Assembly (NCBI RefSeq): GCF_000186885.1 | Contig: NC_014972.1 | Coordinates: forward strand, 2,370,001 to 2,402,000 | Source of the DNA: Desulfobulbus propionicus DSM 2032 | Lineage (GTDB): Bacteria > Desulfobacterota > Desulfobulbia > Desulfobulbales > Desulfobulbaceae | Reading direction: 5' to 3' | Length of the DNA: 32,000 bases | Shown here: one piece after another, positions 7,470 to 16,606 of the stretch | Position numbering within the stretch: the stretch's first letter is position 1 | Layout of the letters: each line of letters opens with the position of its first letter | Program-made: the position numbers and the translations under genes | Notes under the pieces: generated by a model | Database searches by the model: none | What the model was told of the DNA's origin: nothing | The model's input: the letters and a program-made list of their open reading frames with translations, nothing else

Positions 7470-9572
7470 ATGAATAAAACAGAACTGCACGTTAAAGTTA
7501 ATAAAATTTATATCATTGTCGCCATATTGCTCCTCGCCTGCTATAGCAACGCAATAACTGTACCTTGGCATTTGGACGACCCGCCCAACATCACCGAAAA
7601 CTACCCTCTCCACATCACCGACCTCCAACCCGAAACCCTTTGGCAGACACTGTTCGCCAAGCCCTTTTCCCCAGGCACACTCGAACGCCCAGTAGCCTAC
7701 CTCAGCTTTGCCCTCAACTGGTATGTCGGCCAAGACAATCCTATTGGATATCATCTGGTCAACCTGCTCATTCATATCCTCACCGCTTTTTTCCTCTTCA
7801 AAACTACATTTCTGCTCCTGCAGTCTCCACGTCTCGAAAAATATTCTGAAGATAAGGCACTGTTCATAGCGCTTCTCAGTGCCACGCTCTGGGCCATCAA
7901 CCCCATCCAAACCCAGGCGGTTACCTATATTGTGCAGCGCATGGCCTCCATGGCTGCCATGTTTTTCATCTTCTCCACCTACAACTATATTCGTGCCCGA
8001 CAATCCGAAACAGCGGCACAAACAATCAAGCATTTTTCCTGGTGCATCCTTTTTTTTGCGCTGGCCTTAGGCTGTAAGGAAAACGCCATCACCCTCATTC
8101 CCAGTCTCTTGCTCATTGAACTGCTCTTTTTTTATCGAAGAGAGGACAAACAATCAAAAATCAGCCTGATTCTGCTCGTTGCTGCCAATAGTCTTCTCCT
8201 GCTCGGGGCGCTCTATTATTCTTTCCATCATCAGCTATTCGGCACCTATTCCAACTCTCTTACCACCAGACCCTTCACCCCATACGAACGGCTACTGACC
8301 CAGCCAAGCGTCTTGCTTTTCTATCTCTCGTTATTGCTGTACCCCTCGCCGGCTCGGCTTTCCATCGACCATAGTTTTCCGCTTTCCACCTCGCTTGTGC
8401 ATCCTTGGACAACACTCCCCGCCATAGTGACCATTCTTGGGCTGGTTCTCCTTGGAATTCTCTGCCGAAAAAAATGGCCCCTGCTCAGCCTGGCTCTCCT
8501 CTTCTTTTTCATTAACCACCTGGTGGAATCAACCTTCATTCCGCTAGAACTGGTTTTTGAACATCGCAATTACCTTCCTTCTTTTTTTCTTTTCCTGCCC
8601 ATTGCCGCCACACTCGGATGGGCACTTAATTACACGGCGATACACAGCAAGCTCTTATATGGCACACTGGTCGTTTTCATTCCTCTGCTTCTCTTTCTCT
8701 GCGGTTTAGGCACCTACAGCCGCAATGTGGCATGGAAAACGGAAGAGTCGTTGTGGACGGACAGCCTGAGCAAGGCCCCCACCAATGCACGTCCCTATGC
8801 CAAGTTGGCGGAAATCTATGGATGGCGAAAGGAAAAAAACGCGGAAAATTTTAAGATCGCCTTAGCGTTACTGCATCAATCCCTTGAACGGGAAAGCCCC
8901 CGCACCAGTTACAAGCCAGCTCTTGTTGGCAATATCGGCAAACTCTATGCTAAACATGGGCTCCTTGATCAAGCGGTTCTTTATTACAACCAATCGCTGC
9001 AACTCAATCCTGATTTCATCACTTCTCGATTCGATCTTGCCGAGGCACTTACCCTGCAAGGAAAATTCTCCGAGGCACTCACGCAAATCAATACGGTCAT
9101 AGCCAAAAACGATTTACAGAGCCGCTTCTTCAACCTGAAAGCCCTGCTCCTGTTGTGGCTGGACCGCCCCCAAGAGGCAGCGGGATGTTCCCAACAGGCC
9201 ATGCAACGAACCATGGTCAACAAGGAACGCTATTTTTACAATACAGGTGTTGCCTTGGGCCGAGCCGGCCATCTTACCCAAGGACAATGGTTTCTCAAAC
9301 AGGCCTTACACCAACACCCTAATGATCGCCGCATATTGTATAGCTTGATCGAAAACCGTTTGCTTGCCAAAGATGTCAATTCTGCTCGACAGTACGCGTT
9401 GTTCCTCTTAGAAAACCACAGTGTAACGTCTTATGAGAATGATTTGGCAAAACTGCCTACTGATTATTCCGCTGTTCCTGTTAATATCAGTGTGATTTCA
9501 CCCCTTATTGTTGAATGCGCACTCCAAGCCGCAACGAACTTGGAAAAGGTCCATAGCCAAAGGAATCAATGA
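7470..9572 (+). CDS. Polytopic membrane protein with C-terminal TPRs (TMTC/GT-C-like, putative glycosyltransferase)
   Basis: NAITVPWHLDDPPNITEN..., INPIQTQAVTYIVQRMASMAAMFFI and FEHRNYLPSFFLF resemble the family of membrane-plus-TPR putative O-glycosyltransferases; C-terminal half has TPR-like repeats. The ORF opens at TTG 7422, but that start precedes the terminator; ATG 7470 lies just after it. Confidence 0.75.
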   Translation: MNKTELHVKVNKIYIIVAILLLACYSNAITVPWHLDDPPNITENYPLHITDLQPETLWQTLFAKPFSPGTLERPVAYLSFALNWYVGQDNPIGYHLVNLLIHILTAFFLFKTTFLLLQSPRLEKYSEDKALFIALLSATLWAINPIQTQAVTYIVQRMASMAAMFFIFSTYNYIRARQSETAAQTIKHFSWCILFFALALGCKENAITLIPSLLLIELLFFYRREDKQSKISLILLVAANSLLLLGALYYSFHHQLFGTYSNSLTTRPFTPYERLLTQPSVLLFYLSLLLYPSPARLSIDHSFPLSTSLVHPWTTLPAIVTILGLVLLGILCRKKWPLLSLALLFFFINHLVESTFIPLELVFEHRNYLPSFFLFLPIAATLGWALNYTAIHSKLLYGTLVVFIPLLLFLCGLGTYSRNVAWKTEESLWTDSLSKAPTNARPYAKLAEIYGWRKEKNAENFKIALALLHQSLERESPRTSYKPALVGNIGKLYAKHGLLDQAVLYYNQSLQLNPDFITSRFDLAEALTLQGKFSEALTQINTVIAKNDLQSRFFNLKALLLLWLDRPQEAAGCSQQAMQRTMVNKERYFYNTGVALGRAGHLTQGQWFLKQALHQHPNDRRILYSLIENRLLAKDVNSARQYALFLLENHSVTSYENDLAKLPTDYSAVPVNISVISPLIVECALQAATNLEKVHSQRNQ

Positions 9573-10744
9573 ACCAGCCATCTGATGTTCAAACCAAAAA
9601 AACACTTTCTTACCACTGGTACATCATCCCGGTTATTTTCTTCTTACTCTTTGGCCTGACAGATACACTCTACCTCGCCTGGTCTCATTATAAGAATTAC
9701 ACAGATCTCACTTTCAGCAGTTTCTGTGCCCTTTCCAAGGCTATTAATTGCGATACGGTTTCGCAAAGTCCATGGTCCATCCTTTTGGGCCTTCCCCTTT
9801 CCTATTGGGGTTTTTCGGCTTACTCGCTGTTCTTGTTCTTCGCTCTTGCCACCTTGCACCGGCGAAACTATTCGATTTATCTTTGGCAGTGCCTTTTCCT
9901 CCTAGGGTTTGGCTATTCTGTGGCAGCGCTTTATTTCGGATACATCTCGGCAACAAAAATCAAAGCCCATTGCATTCTATGCCTTGGCAGTCATGCTGCA
10001 AGTTTTGCGCTTCTTTTTTTGAGTTGGATTATCCTCCGACGTTTCTGTGGTGGTTTTTCCCTGCAGGGCCTCAACAAAGGTGTCCGATACATCCTCAACT
10101 CATGGCCACTTAAAACGAGCATTCTGGTGCTTGTCGTTTTATTCCTTTCTCTTCATACTTGGCTTCCGCCGTATTGGAATTTTACCCTCCCACCCCTCTC
10201 CAACGCTGTTGCCAACGGACTAACCGAGGAGGGGCACCCCTGGATAGGTGCTGAACATCCGGAACTGACGATCCATGAATATGCCGATTACCAATGTTTC
10301 CAATGCAGCAAGATGCACACTTTTCTTCGCCAACTGATCAATGAACATCCCCAAAAAATCAGACTGGTCCACCACCACTACCCCATGGATCATGAATTCA
10401 ACAACATTATCGTGCCCGAACCCTTCCATATTGGCTCCGGAAAAATGGCGATGATTGCCATCTACTCAGTTTCAAAAAATAAATTCTGGGAAATGAATGA
10501 CGCGCTCTATACAATGGGACGGGAAAAGGAACCGTTCAACACCAGGACGCTGGCGGCAATGACAGGATTTACTTCCGGCGAACTGGCGGCCGCAACCCGA
10601 CACCCGCAAATCCGGGAAATACTTCTGTATGACATTCGCCAGGGCATGAAACGGGAAATCACCGGCACACCGACATTTGTGATTGACGATAAAGTCTATC
10701 AAGGTGCACTTCCTTCCGACCTGTTGAAAATAATCATGCAATGA
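9569..10744 (+). CDS. Vitamin K epoxide reductase (VKOR) domain fused to DsbA/thioredoxin-like domain
   Basis: VKOR signatures CALSKAINCDTVSQSPWSILLGLPLSYWG and HCILC (CxxC). C-terminal EYADYQCFQCSKMHTFLRQL, FHIG..., TGTPTFVIDDKVYQG (cis-Pro region) is DsbA-like. ATGA overlap with upstream gene. Confidence 0.88.
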   Translation: MNQPSDVQTKKTLSYHWYIIPVIFFLLFGLTDTLYLAWSHYKNYTDLTFSSFCALSKAINCDTVSQSPWSILLGLPLSYWGFSAYSLFLFFALATLHRRNYSIYLWQCLFLLGFGYSVAALYFGYISATKIKAHCILCLGSHAASFALLFLSWIILRRFCGGFSLQGLNKGVRYILNSWPLKTSILVLVVLFLSLHTWLPPYWNFTLPPLSNAVANGLTEEGHPWIGAEHPELTIHEYADYQCFQCSKMHTFLRQLINEHPQKIRLVHHHYPMDHEFNNIIVPEPFHIGSGKMAMIAIYSVSKNKFWEMNDALYTMGREKEPFNTRTLAAMTGFTSGELAAATRHPQIREILLYDIRQGMKREITGTPTFVIDDKVYQGALPSDLLKIIMQ

Positions 10745-12480
10745 ACTCACAAGAACAGGGCAGACGGACCTTTCCAATCTCCGAAAAATGGATATATAGT
10801 GGGCTCATTTTGCTTCTTCTCGTTCTCCTTGTTACAACCATCCTGCTTGCCTCCGTCCCCCCTGTCGACCGGGACGCGTTAACTCACCATCTCTTTGTCC
10901 CTAAACTATGGCTCAAGCACGGTGGCATTTACGAGATTCCCGAGATTCATTTCTCCTACTACCCCATGAATCTCGATTTGCTTTATATGATCCCGCTCTA
11001 TTTCGGCAACGACATCATCCCTAAATACATTCATTACTGCTTTGCCCTGCTCACCGGGCTGCTGCTCTATCGCCACCTGAAGAAACGGCTGGGAATGGGG
11101 TACGGCCTGCTTGGCGCGCTCTTTTTTCTTTCGGTGCCGATCATCGTCAAGCTGTCGATCACCGTTTATGTCGACTTGGGCGTGGTCTTTTTCACCACCG
11201 CATCTCTGTTGTTGTTGTTTCACTGGGCGGAAAAGAATTTTCTGCCGCCTTACCTCATTCTTGCCGGATTGTGCTGCGGCCTGGCTGCTGGCACCAAATA
11301 CAACGGCCTGATCGGTGTTGTCGTGCTTACCCTGCTGGTGCCGATGCTCTATCAACAGAGCGCCACCCGGGAACGGCAGAGCAACGGCAAGGCGCTGCTG
11401 TGGGGAGTCGTTTTCGCCGTCGCCACCCTCGCGTCCTTCTCGCCGTGGCTGATCAGAAATCATGCCTGGACCGGTAACCCCATCTACCCCTTGCACAACT
11501 CGCTGTTCCAAAAATGGAGAGCTCCGGCGATCAACCAGCACACCCCCACACAGGTCGACCTCGCCGACACCCTGCGGCAGGCCACCCGCCAGGGTAGCAG
11601 TGCCTTTATTTCGCGGAAAATCCTCTACAACGAACCCTGGTGGCAAACCCTGCTTTTACCGCTCCGTTTTTTCTATGAGGGCCAGGACGACAACCCGCGA
11701 TTCTTCGACGGCAAGCTGACGCCGTTTCTCCTTCTTCTGCCGGCCTTGGCCTTTCTCTTCCGCTCAACGAATGCTCGACAGCGCCGGGAACAGAAATTTC
11801 TCCTCTCGTTCGCCCTGCTTTACTTCTTTTTCACCTTTTTCCAAGAAGCGATGCGCATCCGCTACATCGTGCCGATTGTGCCGCCCTTGGTGATTCTTTC
11901 CATGTATGGCTTACAGGAAACCTTGCAAAGAATATCCGCATGGATTGCCAACCCAAGGCTGCGAAAAATGGTTCGGTTGGCGGTAGCGGCCTGTATCCTC
12001 GGTTCTATATTAGGGTACAATGGTCAGTATCTAGCCAGCCAGTTCGCTGTGGTGAATCCCATGCCATACCTGCGAGGACAAATCAGCCGGGACGCCTATA
12101 TCACCACCTTCCGTCCGGAATACCCAGCAATACAGCATACCAATGCAGTCGTACCGCAGAACGCTAAAGTGCTGTGTATTTTCCTCGGCAACAGGGGCTA
12201 TTACATGGATTTCCAGCCGGTGTTCGAACAGCCGTTTGGGAATGGAATTTTCATGCAATTTCTTAGCAAAAAACAAAAAAATAAGAACATTGTGCAAATG
12301 TTGAACAAAGAAAATATCACTCATGTGCTCATCCGAGACGATTTGACATATTCATGGGTTCAGCAGTTGAAGGAGACAGAGCGACAGTTTTTTTCACCTC
12401 TTTTTAACAGTGCGACTCAACCTATTTTCAGCAAGTTCGGATACACTTTATTTGCAATAATTCAACCAAGTCATCGCTAA
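10741..12480 (+). CDS. GT39/ArnT-like polytopic membrane glycosyltransferase
   Basis: 579 aa multi-TM; PPVDRDALTHHLFVPKLWLKHG early acidic motif as in GT-C/PMT family enzymes. ATGA overlap with upstream gene. Confidence 0.7.
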   Translation: MNSQEQGRRTFPISEKWIYSGLILLLLVLLVTTILLASVPPVDRDALTHHLFVPKLWLKHGGIYEIPEIHFSYYPMNLDLLYMIPLYFGNDIIPKYIHYCFALLTGLLLYRHLKKRLGMGYGLLGALFFLSVPIIVKLSITVYVDLGVVFFTTASLLLLFHWAEKNFLPPYLILAGLCCGLAAGTKYNGLIGVVVLTLLVPMLYQQSATRERQSNGKALLWGVVFAVATLASFSPWLIRNHAWTGNPIYPLHNSLFQKWRAPAINQHTPTQVDLADTLRQATRQGSSAFISRKILYNEPWWQTLLLPLRFFYEGQDDNPRFFDGKLTPFLLLLPALAFLFRSTNARQRREQKFLLSFALLYFFFTFFQEAMRIRYIVPIVPPLVILSMYGLQETLQRISAWIANPRLRKMVRLAVAACILGSILGYNGQYLASQFAVVNPMPYLRGQISRDAYITTFRPEYPAIQHTNAVVPQNAKVLCIFLGNRGYYMDFQPVFEQPFGNGIFMQFLSKKQKNKNIVQMLNKENITHVLIRDDLTYSWVQQLKETERQFFSPLFNSATQPIFSKFGYTLFAIIQPSHR

Positions 12481-12497
12481 GCCAAAAAATCTCCAGA

Positions 12498-13832
12498 ATG
12501 CGACTCGGCACTCCTTTCCACAACGAACGCCAATTTATGCTTTTCAAGTCACTAAAAGAACAATTGTGCATGTTGATTAAATGGAGGCCGGGAAAAATTG
12601 CCAAAGGCACCTTGGTGATGACACTGGGTATTAGTTTACGTACCCTCGGCCAAGCACTCGTTTTTATTATTGCCGCTCGCGCGCTTGGTATCGAAGAATT
12701 TGGAGCTTACGCTGCGGTCCTGGCACTGGCTGGCGCGTTTGGTGGTTTTGGTGGATTGGGCTTCCAAACAATATTGCTCCGCGATGTATCCCGTAATCCA
12801 GAATGTTTCCCAGAAGCTTGGGGCCGAGCCCTTTTTGTAATATGTTGGAGTTCGTTTCTTTTGATGGGACTTTATACGGTTGCGGCGTGGGCTCTACTTC
12901 CCGGCACCATATCATGGAATGTAATCAGCAGCGTTGGTTGTGCGGAAATTATATTCTCACCTTTTTATGTTGCGGCACTAAAACCCTACCAAAGTGATGA
13001 ACGGGCCGTTCAATGCTCCTGGCTCATGATATCTCAAATTATAGTGAGAGTTGCTGCCGTCCTGGCTCTCGTTGCCTTAATCCATCTTTTGCCACAACAG
13101 TCTCCCCTAGAAATATGGGGCCATCTCTATGCACTCGCAGCATTTATAACGGGTACGTACACTCTGGTTAAAGTCAGCTTTGATTTCGGGTTACCTCAGT
13201 GGACAAACTGTGGAAAAACATTTACCCAGATTCACGAGGGCCTTCTTTTCGCTTTGGGCGGAGCCACGCTTAAACTGCATGCTGATATTGACAAGACAAT
13301 GATCGCTCGCCTTGCCACCTTGGAAGGAGCTGGTCTATATTCGGCAGCTTATCGAATCGTTGAGATGGCAACTATACCAATAATGGCATTGATGTCCATA
13401 TATCAACCACGATTTTTTCGTGAAGCACAGGAAGAACACAAAAATTCTTCCTTCATTCCTTGGAATATTTTTCCAATACCATTATGTTATGTTCTTTTAG
13501 CCTGCCCATTTATTTACATATTCTCCATGTGGATACCAATAATATTAGGTAATAGTTTTTCCACAACTGTTTTAGCAATAAAATGGCTATCGTTTCTTCC
13601 AATTATATCCTTACCACGAATCATATTGCAAACTAAATTTTTTGCTTACGGATTTACAAAAATAGCAGTTTTATTTTTTATATTAGGAACAATGATTAAT
13701 ATTATTATTAATTTATTATTAATACCATCTACAGGATGGAAAGGTGCAGTAATAGCAACTTATATTTCAGAATCTATAATAGGATTGACATTATTCTTTT
13801 CAGCAAAAAAATTTTTAAAAAAATGTCAATGA
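12498..13832 (+). CDS. Wzx-like oligosaccharide flippase (MATE/MOP superfamily)
   Basis: Multi-TM; TLGISLRTLGQALVFIIAARALGIEEFGAYAAVLALAGAFGGFGGLGFQTILLRDVSR. True start may be ATG 12537 or later. Confidence 0.8.
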   Translation: MRLGTPFHNERQFMLFKSLKEQLCMLIKWRPGKIAKGTLVMTLGISLRTLGQALVFIIAARALGIEEFGAYAAVLALAGAFGGFGGLGFQTILLRDVSRNPECFPEAWGRALFVICWSSFLLMGLYTVAAWALLPGTISWNVISSVGCAEIIFSPFYVAALKPYQSDERAVQCSWLMISQIIVRVAAVLALVALIHLLPQQSPLEIWGHLYALAAFITGTYTLVKVSFDFGLPQWTNCGKTFTQIHEGLLFALGGATLKLHADIDKTMIARLATLEGAGLYSAAYRIVEMATIPIMALMSIYQPRFFREAQEEHKNSSFIPWNIFPIPLCYVLLACPFIYIFSMWIPIILGNSFSTTVLAIKWLSFLPIISLPRIILQTKFFAYGFTKIAVLFFILGTMINIIINLLLIPSTGWKGAVIATYISESIIGLTLFFSAKKFLKKCQ

Positions 13833-13882
13833 AAATATTTATTTTTTAACAACCAATAATCTTAAATTATTAAAATTTTAAC

Positions 13883-14275
13883 ATGGTACGTGTAATAACT
13901 TTTGGAACTTTTGATGTTTTCCATATTGGACATCTCAGTATACTAGATCGTTCAAGGAAACTTGGAGATTTTTTAATTGTTGGAGTTTCAACTGACCAAA
14001 TGAGTTTCGATAAAAAAAATCGTTATCCAATATATTCACAACATGAACGTTTACAAATTATTCAATCACTACGTTGTGTTGATGAAGTTTTTTTCGAAGA
14101 ATCACTTGATTTAAAACGTAATTATCTTTTAGAATATAAAGCAGATATTCTTGTCATGGGAGACGATTGGGCTGGAAAATTCGACAAATTTAATGATATT
14201 GTCAGGGTAATATATCTTCCAAGAACCCCTTCAATTTCAACTACAGAAGTTATTGAGAAAATACGTATAATATAA
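13883..14275 (+). CDS. Glycerol-3-phosphate cytidylyltransferase-like (TagD family)
   Basis: 130 aa; [34 protein letters not shown]...[28 protein letters not shown]...[11 protein letters not shown]...[11 protein letters not shown]. Confidence 0.9.
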   Translation: MVRVITFGTFDVFHIGHLSILDRSRKLGDFLIVGVSTDQMSFDKKNRYPIYSQHERLQIIQSLRCVDEVFFEESLDLKRNYLLEYKADILVMGDDWAGKFDKFNDIVRVIYLPRTPSISTTEVIEKIRII

Positions 14276-14295
14276 CCATATTAATAATACATCTG

Positions 14296-15540
14296 ATGTT
14301 AAAAAAACTTAAATTGACATGTAAAAAAATTTCTAGCTCATTTTTTGGATGGATCATCCTTTGGCCATTTTCTTATATCATCCAACGAGACCAAAAAAAA
14401 TATGTAATTATCGGTCGAGACGGCGGTAAATTTCTCGATAACAGCAAATATTGCTTTATTGGTCTTCAATATTTTCAATCACTACACAATATCAACGTAG
14501 TTTTCTTAACCGACTACCCTGATGTTCGAGCTGAACTGGAAACACATGGATATCAAGTTGCTCGTTTATCCGGTCCCGTTGGCTGGTGGCAATTTCTCCG
14601 CTGTGGAACAATCATAATGGACAGCGCAGAATGGGGGTCTTTTGGCCGCTTTGCAGCTGCACGAGGGGCTCGTTTGGTTCAGCTCTGGCATGGAATTCCC
14701 CTCAAGCAGATAGAATTATTAATTATACAAAAAATTGCTTCAACTTTACCGTTCAACTTAAGTAGAGCATTTTACGCCTATCGTAATTTTATTGGCCGAC
14801 ATCGACAAGTGGACCTCTTGGTTTCCACCTCAGCTCATGTCACTAACAAGGCTATGAAATTCTGTTTCAATGCAAAACATTGGCCAGCTATAGGGTATCC
14901 TCGCAATGATGTATTGCTTGATGAACAGTTGCGTCATCATCCCCTCGTATCACTTGGCATGGATGACCAAGCAATATGTGCTATTCGATCCGCCAAATAT
15001 TCAGGGAAAAATGTAATTTTATACACACCAACTTTTCGAAGAAATATGCATGACCCTTTTTCCGATGGAGTAATTAACTTAGATCAACTTTATAATTTTT
15101 TAAAGTTGCATAACCTCTTTTTTTTGATCAAACTTCACCCGTTGATGCCACAAACCATTGAGCCATCTTATTGGAAAGATAATATTTTTTTTATTCGCCC
15201 TGATTCAGATATCTACCCATTAATGCATGAAATCAATATACTTATCACAGACTATTCATCAATTTTCTTTGATTATCTTTTATTGGATAGACCTATTGTT
15301 TTTTACTGCCACGACCTAAACGAATACATACAAGATGATCGAGGTTTTATATTTGATTACGAGACGATGACCCCTGGCCCAAAAGTTCACTCCCAAAAAG
15401 ATTTAGAAAATCAAATTATCGGTATACTACAAAGGAAAGATATCTGGACCGATGATCGTAGAAGAGTACGTGATCTTGTATTTGACCATATAGACGGTTC
15501 AGCAACAAAACGTCTGATGGCAGTGCTTATTGGTAAATAA
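14296..15540 (+). CDS. CDP-glycerol:poly(glycerophosphate) glycerophosphotransferase-like (TagF/TagB family)
   Basis: [64 protein letters not shown] are hallmark Glyphos_transf motifs. Confidence 0.88.
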   Translation: MLKKLKLTCKKISSSFFGWIILWPFSYIIQRDQKKYVIIGRDGGKFLDNSKYCFIGLQYFQSLHNINVVFLTDYPDVRAELETHGYQVARLSGPVGWWQFLRCGTIIMDSAEWGSFGRFAAARGARLVQLWHGIPLKQIELLIIQKIASTLPFNLSRAFYAYRNFIGRHRQVDLLVSTSAHVTNKAMKFCFNAKHWPAIGYPRNDVLLDEQLRHHPLVSLGMDDQAICAIRSAKYSGKNVILYTPTFRRNMHDPFSDGVINLDQLYNFLKLHNLFFLIKLHPLMPQTIEPSYWKDNIFFIRPDSDIYPLMHEINILITDYSSIFFDYLLLDRPIVFYCHDLNEYIQDDRGFIFDYETMTPGPKVHSQKDLENQIIGILQRKDIWTDDRRRVRDLVFDHIDGSATKRLMAVLIGK

Positions 15541-15610
15541 TTACGATTGACCACAGTTTACTCAAGTGCATCAGTGAAAAGGTCTATTTTTAACAAATGA
15601 GGCAACATTC

Positions 15611-16606
15611 ATGGTTTTATCCCCCATGGCCACTGGAAATGGCGCCTATATCGTTCACAAAACACTTGAAAGCAAAATAGACGAATATAGGGTTGTCCCA
15701 TATAATCCCTACCGTACGCTTTTCCCGCCTTCGTTGCTATTTCATCGATTTGGATCAAAAACGCGCTTGGTTCATACCACCCCGGATTATGGGATTTTCC
15801 ACAAAAGAAGGAATATCCCTTTGATTTTGACATTCCACAACTATGTCCTCGACCCTTTCATGCAAAAGTACAGCAATCTATTACAGAACATTCATTATCG
15901 AACTGATCTAAAGTTGCTTACCCAACTTGCTGTCTCCAACGCCCAGGCAATTACAGCGGTTAGCCATTTTACAGCGGATTTAGCCAAACGCGATTTGCGT
16001 CTGAACCACCCGATCACGGTTATTCATAACGGTGTTGATCACAACTTATTCAGGCCTCTTAAATCTGTAAAATACCATCCGACAAAAACCATAAAAGTTT
16101 TGTTTTGTGGCAATCTGACCCGGAGAAAAGGGGCACAGTGGCTTATTCCCATTGTCGAGAAACTCGATAAAAACATTAGTATTGCTTACACTGCAGGGTT
16201 GCGAACACATGATTCGCTGCCCAGACACCCACAGCTTGAATGCCTGGGAGCCATCCCCCATCATTCAATGCCATCTGTATATCAATCCGCTGATATTTTA
16301 TTGTTCCCGACAGTCAGGGAAGGTTTCGGCTTAGCTGTCGCCGAGGCCATGGCTTGTGGACTACCGGTGGTAGCCACTAACTGCTCATCCTTGCCGGAAC
16401 TAATTGACGACGGAAAAGGAGGATTCTTGTGCCCATTGGGGGACATTGAATCTTTTGCTGAAAAAATATGTTTTCTCGCAGAAAACTATCAGCAACGTCG
16501 AGATATGGGAGCGTACAACCGAGAAAAAGTAGAAAAAATGTTTACCATCGAACACATGGTGAGCCAATATGTTGAACTTTTTGAAAGGACATTAGCACGG
16601 TACTAA
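15611..16606 (+). CDS. Glycosyltransferase family 4
   Basis: VIHNGVDHNLFRPL...VLFCGNLTRRKGAQWLI...DILLFPTVREGFGLAVAEAMACGLPVVATNCSSLPELI; GAGG RBS at 15599-15602. Confidence 0.88.
   Translation: MVLSPMATGNGAYIVHKTLESKIDEYRVVPYNPYRTLFPPSLLFHRFGSKTRLVHTTPDYGIFHKRRNIPLILTFHNYVLDPFMQKYSNLLQNIHYRTDLKLLTQLAVSNAQAITAVSHFTADLAKRDLRLNHPITVIHNGVDHNLFRPLKSVKYHPTKTIKVLFCGNLTRRKGAQWLIPIVEKLDKNISIAYTAGLRTHDSLPRHPQLECLGAIPHHSMPSVYQSADILLFPTVREGFGLAVAEAMACGLPVVATNCSSLPELIDDGKGGFLCPLGDIESFAEKICFLAENYQQRRDMGAYNREKVEKMFTIEHMVSQYVELFERTLARY

Noticed and set aside
13883-15540. Evidence that the contig is from a Gram-positive bacterium or is a chimeric assembly
   Set aside because: Flanking genes (minor pilins of PilVWX type, RpoN circuitry, AOR module) fit a deltaproteobacterial context, and glycerophosphate transferases also occur in Gram-negative capsule loci.
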